Shown here piece by piece: positions 24,601 to 37,856 of a stretch of 64,000 nt of DNA (within the stretch, counting starts at the first letter, position 1; every line of letters starts with the position of its first letter). The stretch comes from Lingula anatina (Eukaryota > Animalia > Brachiopoda): contig CM120640.1 in NCBI GenBank assembly GCA_051362555.1, forward strand, positions 51,438,788-51,502,787, read 5' to 3'. The translations under genes and the position numbers were made by a program. The notes under the pieces were generated by a model that ran no database searches, had not been told where the DNA came from, and saw nothing but the letters and a program-made list of their open reading frames with translations.

Positions 24601-27600
24601 CCAGACAAAAATATTATTAAGTATTTACCCCCCCCCCCCCTTTTGCACATAACCATGTTTATTTTAAAAAATAAGAAATCCTGCGAATTTAACGAAAAAA
24701 TTATTACTTTATAAGTTTTCAGTTGTTTTATTTTGAAACTTTGATAAACCAGTTTTAATTTCAATTTTAAAATGCTGTCGGTAGTAAGAAAGAGTTTTCC
24801 GTGGTTCTTCTGATCAATGCTTTTTTTGTAAAAGTAAGGCCTGGTCATATCCGATGTTTTAAAATACTGAATCATTACTAGTAAGTCGTGTATATCAGGG
24901 TCTCACATCATCATCATGTAATCAAAAACTCTGACTCTTGGGACTTTGTTACATATGAAGATGGGATATAGTTTTATTTTCTGGAAATTTATAAAATATC
25001 CTTATTGTTGAAATAAATGTTCAGTTTTCCAATATGTGATATGAGGACATAAGATTTTTTCTCCTTTTTGACCTTGATTGTGCTTCAGCCAATATTTAAA
25101 TTTGTCTCCCCCTCGCACTTTCATTTCAATGTGTACAATTCTTGCAATCTGAGAGCTGAAGAACTATTTTTAAAGAAGGGCTAATTATGATTGTGGCAAT
25201 GATCTACCACTTCATTTTTTTTTTTCAAAATGCATAGAGAGATCACTTGCTGATGCCACAGTTTTAATTTGTAGGTGTTGAAGTTTATGTTACCAGCATC
25301 AACCCTGCCAGGGGACACAGAAACATTTTAGCAGGAGAAACCATTGAGCTAGATTGTCAGATCAATGTAGCTAATGAGCGGTCCCTGCACTGGACTCTGA
25401 ATGGGGAGCGTCTAGATGCAGGAGCTGTAGGCACATTGAAGATAGAGCAGATCTCTGGCAGCTCTCAAAACACACGTACTACACTTAAGTGGGAAAATGT
25501 GACATTAGCACAGTCTGGGACCTTTTTGTGCCAAGACCAAAACCAAAACCAGGGGCGGAAGGATGTGAATGTAGTACAGAGTAAGGAAAGCTAAACTTGT
25601 TGAGTATATACATATATATATATGTAGGTGTTTTTCACTAGGATTATGCAACAAGTCAGTTTAACATAATTTTATTTTTAAATTATAATTATTAAAATAA
25701 TGCATACAATTATGTTTGAATGGTGCTTAGTCTTGAGAACTGTATAAATTGAAATACTGCTTTGAGTATCATGGGGGAATAAATGGCAACTGAAAATCAA
25801 TGAACAATTCCAGTTACTCCAAGAGAGGGTGAGTTAAACTCCAGCCTGACCACCCCTCAGGACATCACCCTGAGATGTGAAGTAGAAGGGTTAGGAGCTG
25901 GCCAGTACCAGCAGCTGGAGTGGTACTTCGATGACAAGAGAATAGATCTGCAGAGGGTGAATGCAGATGGACCCAAATATAACATCAGTCACATCAATGA
26001 TTCTCTTGTGATTTTTGGAGCCAGTAAGTTATTCATATTTGACCCCCACGTGTAACATAAAACCAAGCAAATTCACTTTTCAAGTTCTGAATGTTGTGAG
26101 TTATAAATTAATGAAAACCTCATAGTAATTTTGTATGGTTCTAGATCAATGTCTGGAATATCTTTGTGCTGTATGGGAAGTTTGCCCTTCCCCCGATTAG
26201 TGTAATACATTCAAAATTCCAATAACATACAAACTGGTTTCCTCTCCTTCAGCCAAGGAAGATGTAGGCACTTATGAATGCCTGGTGAAGACGCTTGGCA
26301 GTAAACAAGAGAATCTAACCCAAAAAGTCCAGTTGCTAAGTATGCTTTATGATTTTTAGTACATGCATAAATTATCTTGACAAAAATAGCAGTCTTCTCA
26401 GTTGTTCAGTTAAGTTGCTATTGATTTTCGCAAAACTTGATACCTATTCTGTTTATTGATAAAGCACTGATATTACTGAAGAGAAGAAAATTTTTCAAAA
26501 TCTATTCAGCATGATGAGCATTTTTGTACATTGTAACGTGTATGTATTTCAGTGGATCCCATGATTACGGACTTCAGCAGATCCAAGAACATAGTTCAGG
26601 GTGAATCTGTGATTGTGAACTGTGAGATCTATGGGAACCCTGTGGACACTGTGGTCTGGTACAAGGATGATGAACCTCTGGTGGCTGATGGGGATCGTAT
26701 CAAACTGATGCCACACAAAAACTTTGAGAATGCTTCTCTGCAGATGAATAAGCTGGACTTCCCAGATAGAGGAGTATACAAGTGCTTTGCATCCAACAAG
26801 GGAGGAGAGAGTGCTTCCAAGGCAATTCTTATTCGAGTTAAAGGTGCTGATAATTTCTGCAGTGTTTTATTTTCTAGTGTAATTACAATGTATTTAAATT
26901 AATCTTCATGAGTGCACTGGACTGGTTGGTGCCTAAATAATTTCATATGCTTTTTGGATAAATGGTAGAAAAGAATGATTAAACATGACATAAGAATGCA
27001 GTTATGCATAGAGAGGACTGTTGCTTTTGGGGGGCTTTTTAAGTATTTGCGGTAATTTTCTGTGCACTTGATTACTTATGGGGTTAAGGAGAGAATTTGG
27101 TTATCAACTGGGATTTAACCTCACTAGTGATTGCATCACTGTGTAATGCAGCAGTAGAGTGCGAAAAACTCAGTGACTTCAGTATCCAGTTCAGTTTTAC
27201 ACACACTAGTCTAATTTATCAGCAATATATAATGATTGCCATTGTCATGACATTTCAGACCGCTATGCTGCTTTGTGGCCATTCCTGGGTATTTGTGCTG
27301 AAGTAGCCATTCTGTGTACTATTATCTTCATCTATGAGAAGAGGAGAGCAAAGAAGCAGGAAGAGGAGGATCAGCAACCAGCAAAAGAACCGTAAGTTTA
27401 ACCTTCAAATGTATAATCAGGGTCCACGATGCCCTAAGATGAAAGATTATCCCCTTCGAAACATTTAGTGATTCACAATGACCAAGAAATTGCCCATATT
27501 TTTCCACATTTTGGGTTCAGAATAACCTTAAAGGCTAATATATAGTGAAAACCTGTTGGTAATTCTTACATTGATAAGACTTAGGGATGAATTATTTTTA

Positions 27601-29927
27601 AGCAGCTCAAAAATGTAGGCATTGACAAGGTGTGTTTGCGGTTATCAGAGATAGGTTTGACATATTGTTTGTGCACTACTTGGGTTTTGAGAGTACAGTC
27701 TGTCTGGTATCATAATTGAAATTCACTGAGAAGACCAGCAAATAATTTACCGCATGGTCTATCAACTGTGATGTGTACAGCCCCTAATGTGGTTTGCGCC
27801 ATGGTGAAAATAATCTTAGGAATAAAGAATCTCAGGCAGTGATGAATTTCACTGTCAGAATGGTACTTTGACAACTATTGACAGTGTTAAAATATATATA
27901 TATTTTTTTTGTAATTATGATAATGACACCTGTGCTGTGTACAATAACCAGGTACATTGAATTGGAAACCAAGTATTGAATATACTAAAAAATTTATGAG
28001 AGAACTCAGAATTCAGTGATATGTTGTTAACCTTAATGGATTAGTTGTCTGTGGCATTTTGCTCTTTTTCCTTTACTGTTAGCTATTACATGTACCAGTC
28101 TTATTTCTCTTTTTTATTCATTATTCTAGTGATAAGCCTAAGCATTTCAACAGCTCATTTCACGACTCATTTCATATGTGAAACAAAAATTTTAAAAATG
28201 GTATTTATTTGGTAAAAGGGTATTTATTTGACACATTGCATGCTGCATTGCAAGCATGGCAGTCAGCTTTAGAACATATTATGAATTCATAAAACTCTGT
28301 AACATGTCCTTTTGCAGCAGTGGTTTCAATTTATTAATATCTCAGGAGAATAAACTACCTAGATGATCAATAAATGAATGTGGTTCATTATCCAAAGTAT
28401 AAAAAATGCTGTCCATGTTCTTCAAAAGATAATTATGGGTTTCATTGACCTCTTTTAAGATATGGGATCAATTTACAGTTGTAGATATATTTAAGGCATT
28501 AAATTACTTTCAACTGTAATCTTATGGTGAGATATAGATTGAGACACAATGAAAAGAGAATGGTTGCTATGTTGCTTTACCTATTTATAATGATATATTG
28601 TTTGGTGCCTGTACTTTGTTCTTGGGAATCGCAGTTAATTTTTTTTTTCACAAAAAACTACTGACCCCCAATGACTTGGCAGTGACGGTATCCATCTTTC
28701 ACATTGCAATACATTTTCATTATTTGACTAAAGGCAAATTCCTGTTATAGGCCAGCATGCTTTGATCTTCTGTTTAATGACTGTGACTGTCTAGTTTGTC
28801 ACACAAAGTAGTAAACAGGTTGTGAACCACATTGTTTGTCAGTGATCCTGTAAGACAGGTTAAGGGATGGAGGATCTTGATCTACATTTTTGCGCTTTGC
28901 TGTAAACAATTTCAATATTAGGCTTTAAAAATATGGTATATAGGTGAATGTAAGTTATAGTTGAAAAGAGCATTTTAAGTGAAAAATCTGATGGAATGAA
29001 ATACCTTGTAGGGTCTAGAGGATCATGCATATGCATGAAAAGGGGTTGCAAGGTATGAGGAAATGCTTCATGTGTAGATGTTAACCATTTTGTAAGCTTT
29101 TTAGTTTAAAGGACAACCAAATTTTTTGGCAGTGATAATTTATCTTGGTTCAATTAAAATGCTGGCATTTCCTTTTCATGTTGTGCTTTTATCTTTGATA
29201 TGGATATGGCAAATTCAATTGTCTTGCATTATTAAGCATCAGTAGGCATTGTGTGAACATGTCGCATTTTTGAAACTTAAAAGGGCTATTTCAGCTGACG
29301 TTTTTCAAGTGCTTGTATTACTTTGTTGTTTGTGTTACAATAAAAATGCAGGTGAATAGAGGCTTTAGTTTTTTGCGGTTATATTTCACCATCTTCAGAA
29401 TTTTACATGTTAATGTGTATGAAAAAGGGCTTCAGGTGATGTAGGCTTGTTTTATAGTGCTCAAAGGATGCACCATGCAGTTTCTAAAATGTATTTATTG
29501 AATTTTTAAAATATTTATATATAAATATATTTATTTAATATTATTTTTAAAAGAGCAATGTGTTTTAGTCAATGTTCAATGTAGATATGTAGACATTTGG
29601 GATGAGCATTTCCATCAAAATGACTTAAGATCGACAGCACGCCCCATTTACAAGAATAATTTTTTTTTTAATTCTCAAGCAAACTTACTTACAATCTCAT
29701 TTAATTTCTCACTCATTTATATGTTACTCTTTTAATCCAAATCAAGTCTTCAAGATTTGATGCAAGTTACATCTGGCTTTATGATTGTTTATGAAAACAG
29801 CTATGTAAATACTAATTGTTTGGTTTGTAATGTTAAAGAGTTGCGTTAAAAAATAAGGCTCTGTTTTTCTAGGCTCACCAATGATCATAAGGACACAGAT
29901 GTGAGACAACGCAACGTTAGGACTTAA
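21678..29927 (+). CDS. BSG: Basigin/neuroplastin (CD147/EMMPRIN family) orthologue, 3 Ig domains + TM, 380-390 aa
   Basis: Exons 21678-21738 (signal MPNLYIATVLLAVLVAVPVQS), candidate microexon 23532-23561, 25275-25580 (Ig), 25814-26023 + 26253-26339 (Ig), 26553-26843 (Ig, DRGVYKC), 27259-27391 (DRYAALWPFLGICAEVAILCTIIFIYEKRR, family hallmark with intramembrane Glu), 29873-29927 (DVRQRNVRT*, like the vertebrate VRQRN tail). Confidence 0.93.
22905..23182. mobile_element. Hairpin MITE (PIF/Harbinger/Tourist-like), TAA TSD, in basigin intron 1
   Basis: TAA|GACCGCATTCACAAC...GTTGTGAATGCGGTC|TAA. About 130-bp arms around a ~12-nt loop. Confidence 0.9.
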
Positions 29928-31626
29928 AACTACCATGAAGACATGCAGTCAAGTCATCTCTAAAACCACAGCTGATGGTGTCATTTACTCTTATGGTTTA
30001 CACCATGTAAAGAAGGATGTATTGGTGGGGGTGAAGTGTCTGCAGCCACAAAGCACTATACTCTTTTTTCCCTTATATTTGTCATACTTTAAATTGTCTT
30101 TTGAACACACTGAAGAAAAAGGAACAAATATGCAAGCCCAGGTCCCAGCATGGCATGTTGCAGTCTGTGGGACAGTTCCCAATATTGAAACATTCTTTGA
30201 AGTTTTGAGTAAGGCTTGGTAATTCAAATAGGATTAACTACATTGTCTTTGTTACATTGCATGTGTACTGCTTAGTTATATTAAATGATTTTTTTAATGT
30301 TTAAAGTGGATTGTATGTATGTTTTGTGCTTGGCAAGGTATGTATCAGGATGTACAGTGTTAACATCATAGTGCATAGTCTTGAAATCCAACATATCCAG
30401 CTACTTTAAATTGTGTTGTGTTGTTGACTTTTTAGTCGTCTGCATTGTGCATTTATTTGTAAATATACTGTGTCATTTCCTTAAATGTGAATGATTAGTG
30501 CCTAGTAGTTCCTGTTTGATATTATATCACCATGAATCACAGAAAATGGAAAGTTTAGATCACAAACTGATATTGTGATTCTGTCTGCAACTTGTATATT
30601 TGTAAACATAAAATTTATATGCAGTAAGCTTGAGTTTCATCAGGCAATAGTTACTTGAAGACTCAAAAATAGACTTGCGCATTTGAAGCACGTTTTTATG
30701 CACTATTAATTGGATATTTCAACATCTTAAGATAATCAGAAGTAGGTGAAATATAGTTTTTTTAAAGTGTTTTTTATTCTTTCATTGTTAGGATTGTTTT
30801 TGTTTTTATCACTTCTTTGTACATAAAAATCTGAATGTCCATTGTCTTGCAGTTATATCAAATACGAAGCCTAGCAAAGAAAGTAATTTTTGTTGATCAT
30901 CTGAAGTTACCAGTATAATTAGTAGTATGGTGCTTGTGATACAATGTGTAAAAAGTTTGCAGATGAAATGAAAAAAATGTCGAGTTTGAGTAAAATTTGA
31001 AATTTAGAAGTTATATGAACTTTGAAATGTGTTTTAATTTTTTTATGGCAAGAGAGACCGCTACTTATGGTGAAAAAGAAGGAAGTGGTATGTTGTTACA
31101 TTTTAGAATATAAAACTTGAAAACTGCTTAATCGCTCTTGGGAATGCTACCTCACGTTTGGCTTTTTATGACTCGAGAAATATTGACAACCTAAAAAAAA
31201 TAATGCATTTCTAGAACATTGTAAAAAATACTTGAAAATATTAGGATTGAATATGCCTATTAATCCTTTAAGTATATTTTACGGTGTTAAAATGATGGTA
31301 GCTTCTCAAGCCATCTAGCATTATCATCTATTTTCAAACTTAATATCTGTTTAGTATAAACATTAGCACTGTAGGGATTAATTATTATGTATGCCTGAAT
31401 ATATGCAATTATATGTTGAGTACCAACCTATATTAGCTTTAACCATCCTGTTATTTCTAACTGGGTAACAAGTATACGCTGTATTTTAATTTTGGGCAAA
31501 GTGAATTATTTGATTTTAAGCTTACCATGTGCACACAGTGTGATCTCTTAGACTAATTTATATATATAGTATGTATATATATATACCAAGGATGTTTTCA
31601 AATTTGTATAATTTTTTGTGCAATAT

Positions 31627-31632
31627 AATAAA
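31627..31632 (+). terminator. Candidate polyadenylation signal of basigin (about 1.7-kb 3'UTR)
   Basis: AATAAA at the end of a long T/GT-rich UTR-like tract following the stop at 29927. Confidence 0.4.
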
Positions 31633-32124
31633 TGTTAATTGATACATCCCTCAGATGCATTTGACATGTTAAGTCTGAGCCTTTCGAGGTTGAGCATTCA
31701 CAGATGAAACCCGATTATCGGAACAAAACTGCCATCAGGTTGATTGTCTACGAAGTTGAATAACCAACGTTGGAATGCTAGTCTCCTCCACAGCAGAAAA
31801 AATGGGATAAAAGGGAACTCTAAAGAAATTGTTAAAAGTTGTTTTAACATGGAAAATACATTTGGACTCATTGAGTAGTCAGAAGTCTGTTCAACTTGGC
31901 ATCCGCCTTATTCACACGAAGTTCCTTCGATATTTTGTCACTTCGAGTGTACTGACAAGGAAACTAACTTCCAACTGTTTTAAGTAACGGGCATTAAGGC
32001 CTGTTCCATCAAAGTAATTTATTTCAACAATAAGTGAAAACTTAAAGCCTAAAGTTTAGTCTATCTTAACCCAAGATTAGTACGTCCAATAAAGGGTACC
32101 GGAGAAGATCAGCATTGGTCAGAA

Positions 32125-32638
32125 TTGTGCCGGAGGTGACGTGTAGTGGTGTAAGACGTAAAGCTGAGTGGTCATTTTTAGCTGGAGGTGAACGGAAGAG
32201 AAGACATGGACTCTGAGAAAAAAGCAGTTTTTCAAACAACATGGTTGAACAGAATACTTGTAGAAATAATAGGCACATGATATGAAAACGTGACACGGAA
32301 CTTGAGGGTGCAAAATCGTGGTTAATTTGCAGACAACTTGTTTTGAAATACATGCTGCATCGACTGCCAGCGCGACAAAGAGCGTAAAGGGAAAAGAATT
32401 ATATGTGGAATTTCATGTCAGATGGACCTTCAAGTTCCGTGACACGTTTTCATATCATGTGCCTATTGTTTCTACGTATTTCTCTGCCCCAAATGCATAA
32501 AGATGAAATGTTATCTTACCGTGTTGTTAGAATAACTGCTTTTTTCTCCAAGCCCACGTCTTCATTCCCATTCACCTCCAGCTAAAAAAGACCACTCAGC
32601 TTTAAGTCTTACACCACTACACGTCACTTCCGGCACAA
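32125..32638. mobile_element. Foldback/MITE element with ~190-220-bp imperfect inverted arms
   Basis: TTGTGCCGGAGGTGACGTGTAGTGGTGTAAGAC... mirrors ...GTCTTACACCACTACACGTCACTTCCGGCACAA. Inner arms AATAGGCACATGATATGAAAACGTG / CACGTTTTCATATCATGTGCCTATT. No clear TSD. Confidence 0.8.
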
Positions 32639-33590
32639 GTCAATCAGGTGCCAGTAAAGATAAGTAGACACAAAAAATGATTATTCAGAGATAAGTACAT
32701 GACACTTGATGTAGGTAATAACCCTATCTTACGAATGTGGATTGTCTTTCAAAATAAAGTTCCAAGTATGTCGCAAAATTTTATCTTTCCCAGGCTAATT
32801 CAACACAAATATTCGCACTACCCAATCACTTAACACAGGTAATGGTTAAACTATTAAAAAACAACTCCATTTATCTTCCCTGTGGCAGACGTTTATCTGC
32901 CAGATCCATAGGTTACTCTGGTATGTTGCACGCCTCATTAATCTTTGAAAAATGAGAATAAATAAGTTTCGCTGCTAGCCAACAAAGTGACAGGTGTTCT
33001 GATTTAAACGTCTTTTCTCTTTGCTTCAGACGTAATATGCTGTTCAGTCGCGTTTGCCTTTGAGTTGGTGATCTAAAAATTCATTCGTTAGACACATTAC
33101 AGACGTTGTCACGTAGGAATGATGGGACCTACATTGATCTTCAAGTATCAAAAGCAACTAATTCATAGGGCCTAATATACTGACAAGTTGGTACAGTAGA
33201 TCGATGTAGATCCATGTAACCTGTAAACCCGTGTTTTAACAGAATGAATGCAATCGAATCAATTCCACTTATCACATTGCAACATAGAATGGCAACTGGC
33301 GACATCTACAGCATATAGTTTTTACTTGCTTTGAGTATCATCCCATTGTGAGTGAGTTCGGTATAGGTTCAAGTGCGTTTAGCACGAGTTTGGCAATATT
33401 TGGCTGCCACGCGAAAATTAGCGGGAGACGTTTCATTCTTAAGATATCGGACATGATGTGTTAGGCCAATAAAATGAAAATTAACTCCCGCCCTTTCCTA
33501 CCTTCCGGTTAGTCGTGTTGCCACTCAAAGAAATGACTGCCCAAATACATGGAGTAAGTAAAAAAGAGCCAAAGAATTAGTTTATTTCCG

Positions 33591-34187
33591 ACATTGTTTA
33601 TTCAAAACTATCTCCGCCTTTGATATATATAATATGTTCATTGTGATTTAAAAATAACCAGCTACCGGGGTTATTTCCATTTAGTGCAGTGGGCATCATC
33701 TCAGTTGTCATTACAACGTACATATTTTTTAATTAATTAGTAAAAAAAAAGAGATTTCAAACAAAGAAAACGTCACAATTTCAAGCACATGAACTCATTA
33801 TTTCTTTGAAACATGATTTGGTAATATAGGAATTGAGAAATCTTATGAATCTTTGATGTACTGGCATGGCATAGAGTCCATACGTACTGGCTTTCATGGT
33901 CGTTGGACCTGAAATGGCTCTGTACAGACAATAAAATGCAAACGGATATCAAAGATGGCCAACATAACACGGCTTTCACATATTTCTCCCCTAACGGAAA
34001 GAATGTTACATTTATCATTCTAAATCGTCATCTTTATTCCTTTTGATGTGCTGAACATGAAACTATGACATACATTGTTTATTCAAAACTATCTCCGCCT
34101 TTGATATATATAATATGTTCACTGTGATTTAAAAATAACCAGCTTCCGGGGTTATCTCCATTTAGTGCAGTGGGCATCATCTCAGTT
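33591..34187. repeat. 116-bp direct repeat (33591-33706 and 34072-34187), near-identical
   Basis: ACATTGTTTATTCAAAACTATCTCCGCC...GGGCATCATCTCAGTT occurs twice with about 3 substitutions. Confidence 0.9.
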
Positions 34188-35082
34188 TTTTAAGTATGTA
34201 TGAAAATTTTGGGCTAAATATAGAATTTTTTGCTGGTAACAATATGGCACTCGTTTACTTACATACGGTACTAATTCTTTTACATTATATACTCATTAAC
34301 CGTTGGACTGAGAACCATGAGTGATTTCCCCTATGAATTAACAATCAATGCTTAATCAATCATGATCATGAACGTTAGATTTGCGGATTCAAATTCTTTT
34401 TGATTTGATGAAAATAAGTTAAAAAGAAACCCATGCAGAGGTGGGCCTATTAAGTGTCTGCCAGCGCACGATATCCTCTGTTCATTTGTTGGCGTGAAAA
34501 AAAAAACATGTGAGACTTTTTTTGTCTGGAAAATAATGTACGATTGTATTTTTTCAACTCAGACAAAAGCTGAGTTATCGGGAAATGCTGGATTTGCTGG
34601 ACGTCTACGTGCAAATGCATACAGTGTGGGCTTTTTTTTTTTTCAAGTCCACTGTCGGCTCGGGTTGGCTCCATGTGTTTGTCTTGCTGGCACTAAAATC
34701 ATATCATGTTGATTAAGCCGAATAGGTTTCTTTTTACGAAAAAATAGTATTGTACATTGCCTGGTGATGGTACATAATTCTGAAGTGAGACAATAAACGT
34801 TCAGTGGCCTTCACCACAGAATGCCTCTCCATACCACATACCTACTCATTTAGCACCACCAGTTGAGAAACACTTTAGTGGGTAAGTTATTCATCAGTGG
34901 CCCTCAACTGAATTTGAGTCTTCTCTTGCTAGTCTGACATATACTCCCTGCACGTCTGACATATACCCCCGGTACCATTAAACCTCTGGATTGAGAACAC
35001 TCATATAAGAGAGGCTCAAATATGTTTTAAGGATTTGAACATCTACCCTCTCTGTGATCAGGCCCCCGTCTTTGCTGGAAAC

Positions 35083-35210
35083 GACAGCGACATACTGATA
35101 ATAAAGGTGATTTCCAGTGATCATTGAAACTTGTGTCACCTTTATCGAAGACGGCAGAGGGATACTGATAATAAGGGGAGGTTTCCTTCGTCAGGTGAAC
35201 TAAGTGTCAC
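35083..35210. repeat. Diverged ~70-bp tandem duplication
   Basis: ATACTGATAATAA(A/G)GG...TTTCC...GTGTCAC occurs twice. Confidence 0.6.
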
Positions 35211-36284
35211 AAAATTGTATTATATTGGCGGCCATTTTGCTTTTCTCAAAATTGGACAATTTTTAAAAATGATTTTGTTTAATTTCTACATAGGCCAATG
35301 ATGAATGTGCTCTGCTAATGAAATGAATAAAGTCACCCACAACAGAAACGCTTTTTTGTGCATATATGAATGCGCACCGACTTCTATTTATTTTCTATAT
35401 ACCAGTACATTGCTATAAGGCACTTTATAAAAAATTTTGATGGGTTAAGATGGAGCTGATGGCTGTAATATGTCACGAGTTGGCTCCCTTCTTGAAAAAT
35501 GCTGAATATCTCAGAAGAAGCAACCGAGCTTATTTTGCTACTCAGGCCATAAAACACGTTCCTGTAAAAACAAAATTACAGGTAAAGACATTGCAGGGTT
35601 AGCATTTTGGAAACTCGACTAGGTGCATCCGCTTGTTAGTCACGCGCACATTCAATATCACAGCAGGTATCTCCGGAGAATAACCTTAAGTTCAAATAAT
35701 ATTGCATTTTTTTTCTTGTAACCAATCATTCTGATTTCCAAGGTCAAACAATGTACTGCGTGAGCCATGATATAGGGTGTAATGACGCACAACGTAATGG
35801 TTTTTATGCCATGTTAATTCCACATTCAGGTGCTTGCAGAAATAAATGCTCCCCGGGGACCTGGACATATTCTCTTGGACATGGTTTGAAGTGTTAAATT
35901 CAAAATAATTGATTTTACTTATTTACATATTATTTAATTGAAGTCAAGTGAAAGGATATAAACCAGCTCACGTTTCTCCGTAAATTTGAATCTGATTTTT
36001 TTATTGGCTCAAGTGTTATGCAATACAAAAATGTAAACGGACTTGATTTCAGTTAATTTGACCACATGAATAATAACATGTTTAACAAAATTTGGTTGAA
36101 TGCCCTGGCCTGGGTGTCATACGAGAGCGCAATTGATCCCAAATGCGACGGAGCTACATGTAGGTCTCTGTGTAAGCGGGATTTCCAGGAAAATATCAAG
36201 TTCTTAGAGGCAATTTTATGCCGTTGTGCTTAAGTCTGCGTGCCCTTCCTACTTGATCAGCAGACGCTTTTAGATCAATACAGA

Positions 36285-37810
36285 ATGCAGTCGGAGTTAA
36301 GAATACGTTACGTCTACAGTGTAGGCACCGGGATATGGCTTTTGTTCACATTCATCATTGAATCAACTCAAGGTGAGTGTGGGATTGTTTAATATTCTTG
36401 ACGAGATTTTACCTACGTGCTTTTTGAAAGCAATGAAAATAAATCGCGGTTCATTGTTAATGTGGGGGTTGGGGTATTGTTTTTTGACCTGATAATATGA
36501 GAATACTGTTATGATTTTCCGTTTTCCGTGTTTTTTTTCTATCTGTACGTGTGTGTGTGTGTGTGTATGTGTGTGTGTGTGTGTGTGTGCTTTCATGTAA
36601 GGCAGATATTGTAACGTGGTCTTTCATTAGTCAACTGTCTCCTGGATGTAGTCTTTATCATGTATTTACCATATTCTTTGCTGATAAATCAATGTTTATA
36701 TAATGGCTTTTTTCAACGTGTTGCTTTTTGAGTCCTTGATTTATGGAATGAACGTTGAATGAATTTATGTAATGAATTTTTCAGTTGTCAATAGTTTACG
36801 TCTTTTACCAATAACTATTAAAAACTGTCGTGATCATGTCTTTTCGAGTGGTTGGCGAAAACTAGGAGAATAACATTATTTTCTTGTGTACAGGTTTATA
36901 GTTTCTCTCAATAGAAACCAATTAATTTGGAAACATTTCAGAGAGCGTGTCAGCACTGCGGGTTCGCAGTCTGGTACCTGAAGCGGGGAAACGCTATGTA
37001 TTGGCAGGGACGTCGATCGTGTTGTCGTGTGTTTCAGGCCAGTCTCATAATAGTCCATTACAGTGGAGTTTTAATGGAGAGACCTTAAAGTCAGACCATG
37101 ACATGTTAAGCATCACGTCAACACAAACCACAACGGGTCTCACCACAAGTGAACTCTACTGGGAATGCGTGACAGAGGAGCAGGGCGGTTTATACACGTG
37201 TCAGGACAGAGCAGGAAATAGTCAGACACTAAATATTACAGTGATATCACGTAAGCGCCATGAAATCTTCTTGATAGCTAATACGCTTCACTGTGCACAT
37301 CCAAGATATCAAGAACATAAAGAAGGGCTAAAATATTGTTTTGTTAAATTGTGACGAATGAGGTATTTTGCAGTACTGAGGAAACGCATCTCAACCATGC
37401 ATTTAGCACCCCCCCCCCATCATTCTTCGAGCCATATACTTAGAGTGGGAATTCGATATTCCTCTGGCGTCAGTTAACTTAGTTATTAATGACAGATAAC
37501 ATTGCTGGGGAAAGCGTAGACAGAAATCTAATTCTGCAGTGAAGAGACGGATATATTGTTCATCAAGCTGGGACTTAAATGAAAAACCTTAGCGAATTAT
37601 GCTTACTGGGTACATATAGATTGCATTATACACTAAGTACCATTTATCCACATTATTCCCTTATCTGTGTCTATGATTGACGCAACCACTCACTGTAATT
37701 TGCTAAATAACGTAGTCATATTCATGCACAGTAGTCTAATATTGCGTATCTGCGTCCTTTGGTTTTACTTTTGTCTCAATAAAGGGCCAATATTAACACG
37801 AGTGCGTGCG

Positions 37811-37856
<46 letters not shown>

